NCBI GenBank assembly: GCA_965205265.1
Contig: CBDBGH010000003.1
Span: 2,048,001-2,112,000, forward strand
Direction: 5' to 3'
Source of the DNA: Alphaproteobacteria bacterium
GTDB lineage: Bacteria; Pseudomonadota; Alphaproteobacteria; Bin95
Length of the DNA stretch: 64,000 nt
The position numbers were made by a program, and so were the translations under genes. The notes under the pieces are model-generated. The model had not been told where the DNA came from, ran no database searches, and saw nothing but the letters and a program-made list of their open reading frames with translations. The stretch's first letter is position 1, and each line of letters opens with the position of its first letter. Shown here in pieces: positions 1 to 10,081 of the stretch.

Positions 1-470
1 GGGTGGAAGAGCTGCTGGAGCAGATCGAGATGGAGCCGGACCTCTACATAGACCGGCTGCCGTCCGAGCTTTCGGGCGGGCAGAAGCAGCGCATCGGCAT
101 AGCGCGCGCGCTCGCGGCGGATGCGCAGTTTATCATCTGCGACGAGGTGACCTCCGCGCTCGACCAGCTTGTCGCGGAGGGCATCCTGAAACTGCTCGAC
201 CGGCTCCAGAACGAGCTCGACCTCGCCTACATGTTCATCACCCACGACCTCGCCACGGTGCGCGCCATCGCCGACGAGGTGGTGGTGATGAAGGACGGCC
301 ATGTCGTGGAAGCAGGGCCGAAGACGGAAATGTTTACCCCGCCGCACCACGACTATACCGACCTGCTGCTGAGCTCCGTGCCGGAAATGGACCCGGACTG
401 GCTCGACCGGCTGCTGGAGCAGCGCGGCGTGGACAATATCGGGGAGGCGGCGCGCGTTAGGCTCGACTAG
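1..470 (+). CDS. Peptide/nickel ABC transporter ATP-binding protein, C-terminal part (truncated by window edge)
   Basis: LSGGQKQR signature, IICDE Walker B, FITHD H-loop; stop TAG at 468-470. Confidence 0.9.
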   Translation, partial: VEELLEQIEMEPDLYIDRLPSELSGGQKQRIGIARALAADAQFIICDEVTSALDQLVAEGILKLLDRLQNELDLAYMFITHDLATVRAIADEVVVMKDGHVVEAGPKTEMFTPPHHDYTDLLLSSVPEMDPDWLDRLLEQRGVDNIGEAARVRLD

Positions 471-519
471 AATACAGGGCAGATTTGCACAAATACCGAA
501 ACTCTCTCAGGGAGGCTTT
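471..519 (+). repeat. 49-bp target-site duplication, left copy (IS1634 copy 1)
   Basis: AATACAGGGC...CAGGGAGGCTTT is identical to 2436-2484 and abuts the left TIR. Confidence 0.95.
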
Positions 520-676
520 CCTGACTTCGACGGTTGGGCTGACTTCTGACCGATCTCGCGTCTGGAGTTTTCAGTAAAGCCAATGAGTTGGCAGTTGCGG
601 TGCGGTCAAGCTGCGTTGTAGTGCCTAGTAAATCTTTGAGACTGTCAATGCCTCCGCCACGCGCTACACTCCCCCC

Positions 677-2332
677 ATGTTCGTGCGCATCAAGACCTCC
701 CCCAACAGCCCGCGACGCTCGGTCCAGATCGTCGAGGCCGTGCGCGACGGCGGCAAGGTCCGACAGCGCATCGTCCGCCATGTCGGCGTGGCCATGGACG
801 AGGACGAGCTCGAGCGCCTGAGGCAGCTCGGCGAGTACGTCAAGGCGAAGCTGGAGGACGAGCGTCAGCCGGCATTGTTTGCGCCCGAGAAGATCGCTGA
901 GCAGGCGATCCGTGTCGGCCGCCGGGGGGACGGCAAGGAGGAACTCCCGGTCGACCTCAAGCAGCTTGAAGAGGAGCAGCGCCTGATCACAGGCATCCAC
1001 GAGGTCTATGGCGAGATCTACCGGCTGCTGGGCCTCGACGCGCTGCTGCCGCGCTCGCGCTACCGGGCCTCCCATGACGCGCTGTTCCATGTGGTGATGG
1101 CGCGGGTAGCCAACCCCGACAGCAAGCGGGGCAGCGTGCGCCGGCTCGAGGAGGACTTCGGCGTGAGTCTTCCGCTCGAGAAGGTCTACCGGATGATGGA
1201 TCAGCTCGACGCGACGGTGATCGAGCGACTGCGCACGCGCGTCGGCGAGGCGAGCCGGTCGCTGCTGCCGGAGCCGGTCGCGATCCTCTTCTTCGATTGC
1301 ACCACGCTCTACTTCGAGACGGCCGCCGAGGACGAGCTTCGCCAGCACGGCTTCAGCAAGGACGGCAAACACAAGGACTCGCAGGTTCTGCTGGCGCTGA
1401 TGGTGACGCGCGAAGGGCTGCCGATCAGCTACGAGGTCTTCCCCGGCGCCACCTACGAGGGACACAGCATGGTCCCGGTCCTGCAGGACATGCAGCGCCG
1501 CCACCAGGTGGAGCGCACGGTATGCGTGGCCGACCGGGGCATGCTGAGCGCCGACAACCTCGACGCCATGGACGCCATCGGCGGCGAGTATGTCGTCGGC
1601 GCGCGGCTGCGCAAGCTGCCGCTCGCGCTGCTGGGGCAGGTTCTCGACCCCGGGACCTATGCCCCGCTGGAGGGCTCACAGGACCGCCGGGTCGGCGAGT
1701 GGGAGTACAAGGGCCGTCGCCTGATCGTCGTCTTCTGCCCCCAGCGCGCACGCAAGGACGCGCACGAGCGCCGCCATCAGGTGGAACGCCTGCTCGACAG
1801 GCTGGCCCGCAGCGACAATCCCAGGGAACTGCTCTCCAATCACGGGGCGAAGCGCTTCATCGCCGTCGAGGGCGACGCACGGCTCACGGTGAACCCGGAG
1901 AAGATCGCCGAGGCCGCACGATGGGACGGGCTCACCGGCGTCATCACCAATCTGCGCGACGCGCGCGTCACCGAAGTGATGGCTCACTACCAGGGGCTCT
2001 GGCAGGTCGAGGAGAGCTTCCGGATCACCAAACACGACCTGAAGATACGTCCCATCTGGCACTGGAACCCGGACCGGATCCGCGCTCACATCGCCATCGC
2101 CTTCCTGGCCTTCGCCTGCGTTCGACACCTTGCGTACCGCGTCGCCATCCAGAAGCGGCGGATGTCCCCGGAGGTCATCCGCTCCGCCCTCGTCCACCGC
2201 CAGTGCTCCCTGCTGCGCTGTCGGCAATCGGGCAACCGCTACGTCATCCCCTCGAAGCCGACACCGGCGGCGGAGCAGATTTACGCAACCATGGGGCTGC
2301 CCCTGACGATCACCCCGTATCAACTCGCCTGA
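677..2332 (+). CDS. IS1634-family DDE transposase (551 aa)
   Basis: FFDCTTLYFE, GFSKDGK, VADRGM, YQGLWQVEESFRITK and PIWHW..RIRAHIAIAFLA motifs typical of IS1634/IS4 superfamily. Confidence 0.92.
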   Translation: MFVRIKTSPNSPRRSVQIVEAVRDGGKVRQRIVRHVGVAMDEDELERLRQLGEYVKAKLEDERQPALFAPEKIAEQAIRVGRRGDGKEELPVDLKQLEEEQRLITGIHEVYGEIYRLLGLDALLPRSRYRASHDALFHVVMARVANPDSKRGSVRRLEEDFGVSLPLEKVYRMMDQLDATVIERLRTRVGEASRSLLPEPVAILFFDCTTLYFETAAEDELRQHGFSKDGKHKDSQVLLALMVTREGLPISYEVFPGATYEGHSMVPVLQDMQRRHQVERTVCVADRGMLSADNLDAMDAIGGEYVVGARLRKLPLALLGQVLDPGTYAPLEGSQDRRVGEWEYKGRRLIVVFCPQRARKDAHERRHQVERLLDRLARSDNPRELLSNHGAKRFIAVEGDARLTVNPEKIAEAARWDGLTGVITNLRDARVTEVMAHYQGLWQVEESFRITKHDLKIRPIWHWNPDRIRAHIAIAFLAFACVRHLAYRVAIQKRRMSPEVIRSALVHRQCSLLRCRQSGNRYVIPSKPTPAAEQIYATMGLPLTITPYQLA

Positions 2333-2398
2333 CCGTCGACGAAGCACGGCTCGAAGAAATGCCGGATGTAGTGCCTAGCCGAAATGAGAACCAGGCAA

Positions 2399-2411
2399 TA
2401 TCAACTACTTA
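2399..2411 (+). promoter_or_regulatory. Putative IHF-binding site in IS right end (also 56873-56885)
   Basis: TATCAACTACTTA matches the WATCAANNNNTTR consensus exactly, 7 bp inside the right TIR. Confidence 0.55.
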
Positions 2412-2435
2412 TGCGAATCAACCGTCGAAGTCAGG

Positions 2436-2484
2436 AATACAGGGCAGATTTGCACAAATACCGAAACTCTCTCAGGGAGGCTTT
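2436..2484 (+). repeat. 49-bp target-site duplication, right copy (contains RBS of downstream gene)
   Basis: Identical to 471-519; GGAGG precedes ATG at 2488. Confidence 0.95.
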
Positions 2485-2487
2485 GCC

Positions 2488-4032
2488 ATGAACGTTAAAC
2501 TGGACAGACGAACGCTGCTCAAGGCGAGCGCCGCAACGGCGCTTGCCGCCGGCGTGGGGACAGGGCCGGCAGCCGCTGCCGGGCCGAAGGTAGGCGGCAG
2601 GCTGCGGCTCGGCCTCTCCGGCGGCAACACCACGGACAGCTGGGACGGACGCACCCATTCCGATGTGTTCATGCAGGTCGCAGCCCAGGGCGGCGTGTTC
2701 GACTGCGTCACCGAGGTCGCCGCCGACGGCTCGCTGGTCGGCGAGCTTGCAGAAAGCTGGGAGCCCTCGGCCGACCTCGTGACCTGGACCTTCAACCTGC
2801 GCAAGGGAGTCGAGTTCCACAACGGCAAGAGCTTCGGCGCGGACGATGTGATCGAGTCGCTGCAGCTGCATGTGGCGAAGGGCGCCAAGTCGCCCGCCAA
2901 GCCGCTCGTCGAGCCCATTGTCGAAATGAAGAAGATGAACGACCACCAGGTCCAGTTCGTCCTCAATGCCGGCAATGCGGACTTCCCCTACCTGCTCGCC
3001 GACTACCACATCCTGATCCATCCGGCCGGCATGGTGGACGAGAGCATCCGCAAGGGTATCGGCACGGGCGCCTACCGCAATCTCGGCTTCGACCCGGGCG
3101 TGCGCCTGGAGCTGGAGCGCAATCCGAACGCCCACAAGCAGACCTGGTTCGACGAGGTCGAGGCGATCTCGATCACCGACCCGGCGGCGCGCGTCAGTGC
3201 GCTGATGACCGGCGAGGTGGACGCGATCAGCCGCATCGACGCCAAGTCGGTGCGCCTGCTGGACCGCAATCCGGGCGTGGAGGTGTCGGAGGTCACGGGC
3301 AATCAGCACTACACCTTCCCGATGATCACCACGGCCGCGCCCTTCGACAGCAACGATGTGCGCCTCGCGCTGAAATACCTGTTCGACCGCGAGGACCTGG
3401 TCCGCAAGATCCTGCTGGGCCACGGCAAGGTCGGCAACGACCACCCGATCGGGCCGGCGAACCGCTTCTATTATGCGGATCTGGAGCAGCGGGTTTACGA
3501 CCCCGAGAAGGCGAAATTCCACCTGAAGAAGGCCGGGGTGGACAGCCTGCAGCTCGACCTCTCGGCCTCCGACGCCGCCTTCGCGGGCGCGGTGGACGCC
3601 GCGCAGCTCTTCCAGGAATCGGCGAAAGCCGGCGGCGTGAGCATCAATGTCATCAAGGAGCCGGCGGACGGCTACTGGTCCAATGTGTGGATGAAGAAGC
3701 CGTTCTGCGCCTGCTTCTGGTCCGGCCGCGCGACCGAGGACCTGATGTTCTCGACCGCCTATGCGGCCGGCCAGCCCTGGAACGACAGCTATTGGGAGCA
3801 TGAGCGCTTCAACAAGCTGCTCGCCGAGGCGCGGACCGAAGTGGACGAGGCCAGGCGCCGGGAGCTCTATTACGAGATGCAGGTCATCACCCGCGACGAA
3901 GGCGGCGTGGCCGTGCCGATGTATGCGAACTGGATCGACGCCAAGTCCAAGAAGCTGGCCCATGGCGAGCATCTGGGCAATGTCTGGGCGCTCGATTCCG
4001 CGCGCATCATGGAGCGCTGGTGGTTCGCCTGA
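2488..4032 (+). CDS. Peptide/nickel ABC transporter substrate-binding protein (family 5), Tat-exported
   Basis: True start ATG 2488 after GGAGG; DRRTLLK twin-arginine signal; LAESWE...WTFNLRKGVEFHNG family-5 motif. Confidence 0.9.
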   Translation: MNVKLDRRTLLKASAATALAAGVGTGPAAAAGPKVGGRLRLGLSGGNTTDSWDGRTHSDVFMQVAAQGGVFDCVTEVAADGSLVGELAESWEPSADLVTWTFNLRKGVEFHNGKSFGADDVIESLQLHVAKGAKSPAKPLVEPIVEMKKMNDHQVQFVLNAGNADFPYLLADYHILIHPAGMVDESIRKGIGTGAYRNLGFDPGVRLELERNPNAHKQTWFDEVEAISITDPAARVSALMTGEVDAISRIDAKSVRLLDRNPGVEVSEVTGNQHYTFPMITTAAPFDSNDVRLALKYLFDREDLVRKILLGHGKVGNDHPIGPANRFYYADLEQRVYDPEKAKFHLKKAGVDSLQLDLSASDAAFAGAVDAAQLFQESAKAGGVSINVIKEPADGYWSNVWMKKPFCACFWSGRATEDLMFSTAYAAGQPWNDSYWEHERFNKLLAEARTEVDEARRRELYYEMQVITRDEGGVAVPMYANWIDAKSKKLAHGEHLGNVWALDSARIMERWWFA

Positions 4033-4060
4033 CCGCGAGGCCGCATAGCAGCCGGTAATG

Positions 4061-4094
4061 GGGCCGCCGCGGCATCGCGCGGCGGCCCTTTCTT
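4061..4094 (+). terminator. Rho-independent terminator
   Basis: GGGCCGCCGCG-gcatcg-CGCGGCGGCCC stem followed by TTTCTT, right after the SBP stop. Confidence 0.75.
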
Positions 4095-4104
4095 GTCAGC
4101 CGCG

Positions 4105-4605
4105 TTACTCCACCGGAGTGTCGATGCAGTCGAGCGCCCAGATGTCGTAGACCGGGTGCTCCAGCGCCGACATGGCGGGGCTCGACGCGAACATCCACCC
4201 CTGGAAGAGCCGGACCGGCGGGGCGTCCCGGCGGCGTTCGACGATGGTGAGGAAGACCGCGCTTTCCGGCGGCTCCTCGGGCGGGCGCTTCCGGCAGGCC
4301 CAGACGCTGACCTCCAACGTGCCGAAGCGCTCCGTGCGCTCCAGCGGGATCGTCAGGGTGGAAATCCGCGCGGTGACCTTGTCGAGCCCCTGCAGCACCG
4401 CCATCCCCATCTCGCGATAGGTGAATGTCGCCCCCTGCCCGGCCGCCGGGGCCGCCGCGGCCAGCAGCAGCGGAAGCGCCAGGGCCCCGCACAGGCGGGA
4501 TCGCCACAGGAGGAAAGCCTTGCGGCGGCGGGCCCTAGCGTCCCCGGCTGCTTTCTCGTCATGCCCGGACTCGTTCCGGGCATGACGGAGAGCGCGCTCA
4601 GGCAT
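4105..4605 (-). CDS. DUF2155 family protein (start uncertain)
   Basis: LQGLDKVTAR, FGTLEV..AC, LFQGWMFASSPAMSALEHPVYDIW motifs; usual position downstream of mlaD; the listed ATG lies within a REP-like element. Confidence 0.8.
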   Translation of the reverse strand: MPERALRHARNESGHDEKAAGDARARRRKAFLLWRSRLCGALALPLLLAAAAPAAGQGATFTYREMGMAVLQGLDKVTARISTLTIPLERTERFGTLEVSVWACRKRPPEEPPESAVFLTIVERRRDAPPVRLFQGWMFASSPAMSALEHPVYDIWALDCIDTPVE

Positions 4606-4614
4606 GACGGAGAG
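4557..4614. repeat. REP/RIME-like extragenic palindrome
   Basis: CGTCATGCCCGGA-ctcgt-TCCGGGCATGACG hairpin plus duplicated GGCATGACGGAGAG; same stem as 21273-21319. Confidence 0.7.
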
Positions 4615-4643
4615 AAACGGCGGCCGGCCGTCGGCCCCGGGCC

Positions 4644-5099
4644 TCAGCCCTTCTTGTCATCGGCGCCGCCGAAGATGAAGCGGCCGATCAGGTCCTCGAG
4701 GCTGACCGAGGACTGCGCGAAGCGGATGCTGCCGCCCGGCGGGATGGTGTCGTCCTCGGCGCCGGGCGTCAGCTGCGCATACTTGCCGCCGAGCAGGCTT
4801 TCGCTCGCGATCTTGACGGAGCTGTCGGTCGGCAGCTTGACGGAGGGGTCGATGGAAAAGGTGACCAGCGCGGTAAAGGTCTCCTTGTCGAGCCGCTGGC
4901 CGGACACCGTGCCGACCTTGATGCCGCTCATCCGCACGTCGTCGCCGACGGCGAGCCCGCCGATATTGTCGAACTCGGCCGTGATCTCGTAGCCGCCGCC
5001 GCGGCCGAGATCGGCGGTCGAATAGGCGAAGAACACGAAAGCCGCCGCGGCCAGCAGCACCGCCGCCCCCGTCAGTGTCTCCAGCACGCTGCGCCGCAT
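4644..5099 (-). CDS. mlaD: Outer membrane lipid asymmetry maintenance protein MlaD (MCE domain)
   Basis: Start MRRSVLETLTG; F.NIGGL..GDDVRMSGIKVGTV and SLLGGKY MCE motifs. Confidence 0.88.
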   Translation of the reverse strand: MRRSVLETLTGAAVLLAAAAFVFFAYSTADLGRGGGYEITAEFDNIGGLAVGDDVRMSGIKVGTVSGQRLDKETFTALVTFSIDPSVKLPTDSSVKIASESLLGGKYAQLTPGAEDDTIPPGGSIRFAQSSVSLEDLIGRFIFGGADDKKG

Positions 5100-5101
5100 C
5101 G

Positions 5102-5455
5102 TCAGGGCGTCCAGGCCTCGTAGTCGCCCGTCGCCGCCGCCCGGCGCCCGCCGGCGAAATCGTGTCCGGGCGGGCGGTAGGCTTCCGGCGTGCCGGTCAT
5201 GTTCGGCTCGTGCGGGCGCTGCCAGGGATAGCGCGGCCGGTCGGCGGCCGGCGGCTCGTCCGCCATGCGGTGCAGCCAGGCATGCCATTCCGGCGGCACG
5301 CGCGAGGCCTCCACCGGCCCGTCATAGACGACCCAGCGCCGCTCGCGCCCGTGCAGGCGGCCCCGGCGGCTGCGGTAGTAGCGGTTGCCCTGCCCGTCCT
5401 CGCCGACGAACTCGCCCTGCATCCAGGTGTAAAGCCGCGTCCCGATGGAAGTCAC
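5102..5455 (-). CDS. NADH:ubiquinone oxidoreductase subunit NDUFA12 (17.2 kDa) family
   Basis: VGEDGQGNRYY, RRWVVY, ASRVPPEWHAWLH, PNMTGT..AY, DYEAWTP. Confidence 0.92.
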   Translation of the reverse strand: MTSIGTRLYTWMQGEFVGEDGQGNRYYRSRRGRLHGRERRWVVYDGPVEASRVPPEWHAWLHRMADEPPAADRPRYPWQRPHEPNMTGTPEAYRPPGHDFAGGRRAAATGDYEAWTP

Positions 5456-5560
5456 GAGCCGGGTCCCTCCGGAATCTCCGGCCCTTATCGCACTACCCGG
5501 TTGGCCGGGTCAATGTCCTGTGAAAGCGCCGCTTTCTGCCCGGGGCGTCGCGAACGGCAG

Positions 5561-5607
5561 ATACTGCCAATAGTGTTTTTCACAACATTCGCTACAAAAT
5601 CTGGCAA
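5561..5607 (+). promoter_or_regulatory. Putative tandem NrdR boxes upstream of nrdJ
   Basis: ATACTGCCAATAGTGT (5561) and CTACAAAATCTGGCAA (5592) are degenerate matches to acaCwAtATaTwGtgt, spaced 31 bp as usual for NrdR pairs. Confidence 0.5.
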
Positions 5608-5653
5608 TTTTCGGTTAGGCTGAGGGTTCGTTGGCCGTTTAACCGATTCGAGG

Positions 5654-8600
5654 ATGACTCGCTTGCATTTCCAGCGTCACCACACCGGCGGATGCGCCTC
5701 GGCCTATGACGGCGTTGCGTTCGTTCGCAGAAACAGCGAAATCCGTAATCCCGACGGCACCCCCGTTTTCATTGCCGACGACATCATGGCGCCGCAGGAG
5801 TGGTCGCAGGTCGCCGTCGATGTGCTGGCGCAGAAATACTTCCGGAAAGCCGGCGTCCCGGACCGGACCGAGCCCGTCGCCGAGGACGGCGTGCCGGAGT
5901 GGCTCCGGCGCCGCCGGCCGGCCGAGGGCGCCGCTCTCGGCGGGGAGCGCGACGCCCGCCAGGTCTTCCACCGGCTCGCCGGCGCCTGGACCTATTGGGG
6001 CTGGAAGGGCGGCTATTTCTCCGGCGAGGAGGACGCGCGCGCCTATTACGACGAGATGCGCGCCATGCTCGCCCGGCAGATGGCGGCGCCGAACTCGCCG
6101 CAATGGTTCAACACCGGCCTCCACTGGGCCTATGGCATAGACGGCCCGGCCCAGGGCCATTACTTCGTCGATCCCGCCACGGGCGAGTGCCGCGCGTCCG
6201 CGTCCGCCTATGAGCGGCCCCAGCCCCATGCCTGCTTCATCCAGTCCGTCTCCGACGACCTGGTGAACGAAGGCGGCATCATGGACCTCTGGCAGCGCGA
6301 GGCGCGGCTGTTCAAATACGGCTCCGGCACCGGCACCAATTTCTCGAAGCTGCGCGGCGAGGGCGAGCCGCTTTCCGGCGGCGGGCGCTCCTCCGGGCTG
6401 ATGAGCTTCCTCAAGATCGGCGACCGCGCGGCGGGCGCCATCAAGTCAGGCGGCACCACGCGCCGGGCCGCCAAGATGGTCACGCTCGACATCGACCACC
6501 CCGACATCGAGGAATATATCGACTGGAAGGTCGTGGAGGAGCAGAAGGTCGCCGCGCTGGTGGCCGGCTCGAAGGCCTGCGAGAAGCACCTGGGCCGCGT
6601 GATCGCCGCCTGCGCTCCCGGTAACGGGGCCGGCGGGGCGGATGAGGCGGACCGCTTCGACCCGAAGCGCAACCGGGCACTGCGCAAGGCGGTGGTCGGC
6701 GCGCGCGAGGCCGCGATCCCGGAAAGCTATATCCAGCGGGTGATCCAGTTCGCCCGCCAGGGATTCACGGCCATCGACTTCCGCACCTACGACACCGACT
6801 GGGACAGCGAGGCCTACCGCACCGTCGCCGGCCAGAATTCCAACAACTCCGTGCGACTGACGGACGAGTTCCTCCGGACCGTCGAGGCGGACGGCGAGTG
6901 GGCGCTCACGCAGCGCACGGACGGCGCGGTGGCGAAGACCGTTTCCGCGCGCCGCCTGATGGACAAGGTGGCCCATGCCGCCTGGGCCTCGGCGGACCCC
7001 GGCGTCCAGTTCGACACGACCGTCAACGACTGGCACACCTGCCCGGCGGAAGGGCGCATCGACGCCTCCAACCCGTGCTCGGAATACATGTTCCTGGACG
7101 ACACGGCCTGCAACCTGGCGTCGATCAACCTGATGGCGTTCCGGCAGGAGGACGGCGAATTCGACATCGAGGGCTTCCGGCACACCGTCCGGCTGTGGAC
7201 GGTCGCGCTCGAAATCTCGGAGTCGATGGCGCAGTTCCCCTCGCGGCGCATCGCCGAGAGGTCCTACCGCTACCGCCCGCTCGGCCTCGGCTTCGCCAAT
7301 GTCGGCGGGCTGCTGATGGCCTCCGGCATCGCCTACGACAGCGAGGAGGGCCGCGCGGCGGCCGGCGCCATCACCGCGCTGATGACCGGCACGGCCTATG
7401 CGACATCGGCGGAGATCGCGGGCGAGCTCGGCCCCTTCGACGGCTACCCCGCCAATGCCGAATCCATGCTGCGCGTGATCCGCAACCACCGCCGCGCCGC
7501 GCAGGGCTGCACGGAGGGCTATGAGGGGCTGAACACGAAGCCGCAGCCGCTCGACGCCGGGGCGTGCCCCTTCGACGGCCTCGCCGGCGCTGCGGGCGCC
7601 GCCTGGGACGACGCGCTCGCCGCCGGCGAACGGCACGGCTACCGCAATGCCCAGGCCACGGTCATCGCGCCCACCGGCACGATCGGCCTGGTGATGGACT
7701 GCGACACCACCGGCATCGAGCCGGATTTCGCGCTGGTGAAGTTCAAGAAGCTCGCCGGCGGCGGCTATTTCAAGATCATCAACAGCCTGGTGCCGGCGGC
7801 GCTGACCGCGCTCGGCTACGACTCCGGGCAGATCGAGGCCATCGAACGCCATGCGGTCGGCCGCGGCACGCTGAAGGATTCGCCCGCCATCGGCCATGAG
7901 GCGCTGGCTGCGAAGGGCTTCACGCCCCAGATGATCGATGCGCTGGAGGCCGCGCTGCCGGGCGCCTTCGACATCCGCTTCGTCTTCAACCGCTGGACGC
8001 TCGGCGAGGAGGCTTGCCGCGAGGCGCTCGGTCTGGACGGGGAGCAGCTGGAGAGCGCCGACCTGCTGGGCGCGCTCGGTTTCTCCAAAGAGGAGATCGA
8101 GGCCGCCAACCTCCATTGCGGCGGCGCGATGACCGTCGAGGGCGCGCCGGAGCTCCGCGACGAGCATCTGGCGGTGTTCGACTGCGCCAATCCCTGCGGC
8201 CGGAACGGCACCCGCCACCTCTCGACCGAGAGCCATATCCGGATGCTGGGCGCGGTGCAGCCTTTCATCTCGGGCGCGATTTCCAAGACCGTGAACATGG
8301 CGAACGGCGCAACCGTCGAGGACTGCATCGAGGCCTACCGCCTCTCCTGGAGCCTCGGCCTCAAGGCGAACGCGCTTTACCGCGACGGCTCGAAGCTCTC
8401 GCAGCCGCTCGCGGCGACGGCGCTCGGCGGCGACCTCGCCGAGGAGGTCGCCGAGATGCCGGCGGCGGCGCGCGCGCCCGTCCTGGCGGAGCGTATCGTC
8501 GAGCGCCGCCTGATCGAGCGCAAGCGCCTGCCGGACCGCCGCAAGGGCTACACGCAGAAGGCCACGGTCGGGAACCACAAGGTCTATCTGCGCACCGGCG

Positions 8601-9241
8601 AATACGATGACGGCAAGCTCGGCGAGATCTTCATCGACATGCACAAGGAGGGCGCGGCCTTCCGCAGCCTGATGAACAATTTCGCCATCGGCATCTCCAT
8701 CGGCCTGCAATACGGCGTGCCGCTGGAGGAATATGTCGAGGCCTTCACCTTCACGCGCTTCGAGCCCTCCGGCCTGGTGGAGGGCAATGACGCGATCAAG
8801 ATGTCCACCTCGATCCTGGATTATCTCTTCCGCGAGCTTGCGATCTCCTATCTCGGGCGCGGCGACCTCAGCCATGTCATGCCGGACGACGTCCGGCCGG
8901 ACAGCCTGGGCGGCGGCGAGAACGAAGCGGCGCTGGCGGACCGCGAGATGGGCCAGCCGATCCCGACGGCGACCAGCCGCGGCTTCGTGCGCGACAACCT
9001 CTATGTGGTCTCGGAGTGGCAGAACGAGACCGCGCTCAGAGCGCAGGACGACGCCGAGGAAGATGTGATCGCCGAGCCGGTCCGGGCATCGGCCGCCGGC
9101 GGCAGCGCCACGGCGATCAGCCGGGCCCGGATGATGGGCTATGAGGGCGACGCTTGCGGCAGCTGCGGCAACTTCACCATGGTCCGCAACGGCACCTGCA
9201 TGAAATGCATGACCTGCGGCCAGACGGACGGGTGCAGCTGA
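5654..9241 (+). CDS. nrdJ: Vitamin B12-dependent class II ribonucleotide reductase with C-terminal TSCPD and Zn-ribbon domains
   Basis: [23 protein letters not shown] catalytic motif, [14 protein letters not shown], terminal CxxC..CxxC..GCS. Confidence 0.95.
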   Translation: MTRLHFQRHHTGGCASAYDGVAFVRRNSEIRNPDGTPVFIADDIMAPQEWSQVAVDVLAQKYFRKAGVPDRTEPVAEDGVPEWLRRRRPAEGAALGGERDARQVFHRLAGAWTYWGWKGGYFSGEEDARAYYDEMRAMLARQMAAPNSPQWFNTGLHWAYGIDGPAQGHYFVDPATGECRASASAYERPQPHACFIQSVSDDLVNEGGIMDLWQREARLFKYGSGTGTNFSKLRGEGEPLSGGGRSSGLMSFLKIGDRAAGAIKSGGTTRRAAKMVTLDIDHPDIEEYIDWKVVEEQKVAALVAGSKACEKHLGRVIAACAPGNGAGGADEADRFDPKRNRALRKAVVGAREAAIPESYIQRVIQFARQGFTAIDFRTYDTDWDSEAYRTVAGQNSNNSVRLTDEFLRTVEADGEWALTQRTDGAVAKTVSARRLMDKVAHAAWASADPGVQFDTTVNDWHTCPAEGRIDASNPCSEYMFLDDTACNLASINLMAFRQEDGEFDIEGFRHTVRLWTVALEISESMAQFPSRRIAERSYRYRPLGLGFANVGGLLMASGIAYDSEEGRAAAGAITALMTGTAYATSAEIAGELGPFDGYPANAESMLRVIRNHRRAAQGCTEGYEGLNTKPQPLDAGACPFDGLAGAAGAAWDDALAAGERHGYRNAQATVIAPTGTIGLVMDCDTTGIEPDFALVKFKKLAGGGYFKIINSLVPAALTALGYDSGQIEAIERHAVGRGTLKDSPAIGHEALAAKGFTPQMIDALEAALPGAFDIRFVFNRWTLGEEACREALGLDGEQLESADLLGALGFSKEEIEAANLHCGGAMTVEGAPELRDEHLAVFDCANPCGRNGTRHLSTESHIRMLGAVQPFISGAISKTVNMANGATVEDCIEAYRLSWSLGLKANALYRDGSKLSQPLAATALGGDLAEEVAEMPAAARAPVLAERIVERRLIERKRLPDRRKGYTQKATVGNHKVYLRTGEYDDGKLGEIFIDMHKEGAAFRSLMNNFAIGISIGLQYGVPLEEYVEAFTFTRFEPSGLVEGNDAIKMSTSILDYLFRELAISYLGRGDLSHVMPDDVRPDSLGGGENEAALADREMGQPIPTATSRGFVRDNLYVVSEWQNETALRAQDDAEEDVIAEPVRASAAGGSATAISRARMMGYEGDACGSCGNFTMVRNGTCMKCMTCGQTDGCS

Positions 9242-9281
9242 CGGGTCCCGCCGGCAGCGTTTCGGAACGACAGGCCGTTCT

Positions 9282-10073
9282 CTACCGCCCCGAGAAGACG
9301 GGCTTGCGCTTTTCGACGAAGGCCCTGGCGGCTTCGAGATGGTCTTCCGTCAGGCCGGAGCGGGAGTGGTTGCGGGCTTCCATGTCGAGCGTCTCGGAGA
9401 GCGAGGCGGTGACGGCGCCGTTCAGCGTCTGCTTCATGTAGGCAAGCGTGATGCGCGGGCCGGCGGCGAGGCTCTCCGCGAGCTTCGCGGTCTCCGCTTC
9501 CAGCACATCGTCGGCAACGACCCGGTTGAGAATGCCCAGCGCCAGCGCCTCTTCCGCGCCGAGCCGCGCGGCCGTCATGTAGAGTTCCTTCGCCTTCGCC
9601 GGGCCGACCAGCCGCGTCAGGAACCAGGACCCGCCGAAATCGCCCGATAGCGCCACCTGCGCGAAGCCCGTGGTAATCAGCGCCGTCTCGCTGGCGATCC
9701 GCATGTCGCAGGCAAGCGCGACTGAGAGGCTGGCCCCGGCCGCCGGGCCGCGGATCATGGCGATGACCGGCTTCGGCATCTCGTGGATGACCCGGCTCAC
9801 TTCCATGCGGCGGCGGAGCGACTGCGTGCGCCCTTCCAGCGTGTCGTCCTGGTGCGATCCCTGCGCCATGCCCTTCACATCGCCCCCGGCGGAGAAGCCG
9901 CGTCCGGCGCCCGACAGCACGATGCAGCCGATCTCCCGGTCCTCCGAGAGGCGCTGCATCGCCGCGAGCAGCCCGTCCAGCATCCCGTCGGTCAGCGCAT
10001 TCAGCCGCTCCGGCCGGTTGAGCGTGAGCCAGGCGACGCCGTTCTCCCGGCGCTCCAGCAGATGGTCGGACAT
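9282..10073 (-). CDS. Enoyl-CoA hydratase/isomerase family protein
   Basis: LTLNRPERLNAL, FSAGGD, KPVIAMIRGPAAGA crotonase motifs. Confidence 0.9.
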   Translation of the reverse strand: MSDHLLERRENGVAWLTLNRPERLNALTDGMLDGLLAAMQRLSEDREIGCIVLSGAGRGFSAGGDVKGMAQGSHQDDTLEGRTQSLRRRMEVSRVIHEMPKPVIAMIRGPAAGASLSVALACDMRIASETALITTGFAQVALSGDFGGSWFLTRLVGPAKAKELYMTAARLGAEEALALGILNRVVADDVLEAETAKLAESLAAGPRITLAYMKQTLNGAVTASLSETLDMEARNHSRSGLTEDHLEAARAFVEKRKPVFSGR

Positions 10074-10081
10074 AGGCCGCC

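Larger units (their letters stand above)
520..2435 (+). mobile_element. IS1634-family insertion sequence, copy 1 (1916 bp)
   Basis: Perfect 17-bp TIRs CCTGACTTCGACGGTTG / CAACCGTCGAAGTCAGG, single transposase, flanking 49-bp direct repeat, second copy at 54994-56909. Confidence 0.93.

Noticed and set aside
1297-4032. 911-aa ORF fusing IS sequence to the SBP
   Set aside because: The N-terminal part is a GC-rich shadow frame of the transposase; the real SBP starts at 2488 with an RBS and Tat signal.
5654-9241. Intein or intron in the long NrdJ
   Set aside because: The length is explained by the usual alphaproteobacterial insert and TSCPD domain; no intein terminal motifs seen.
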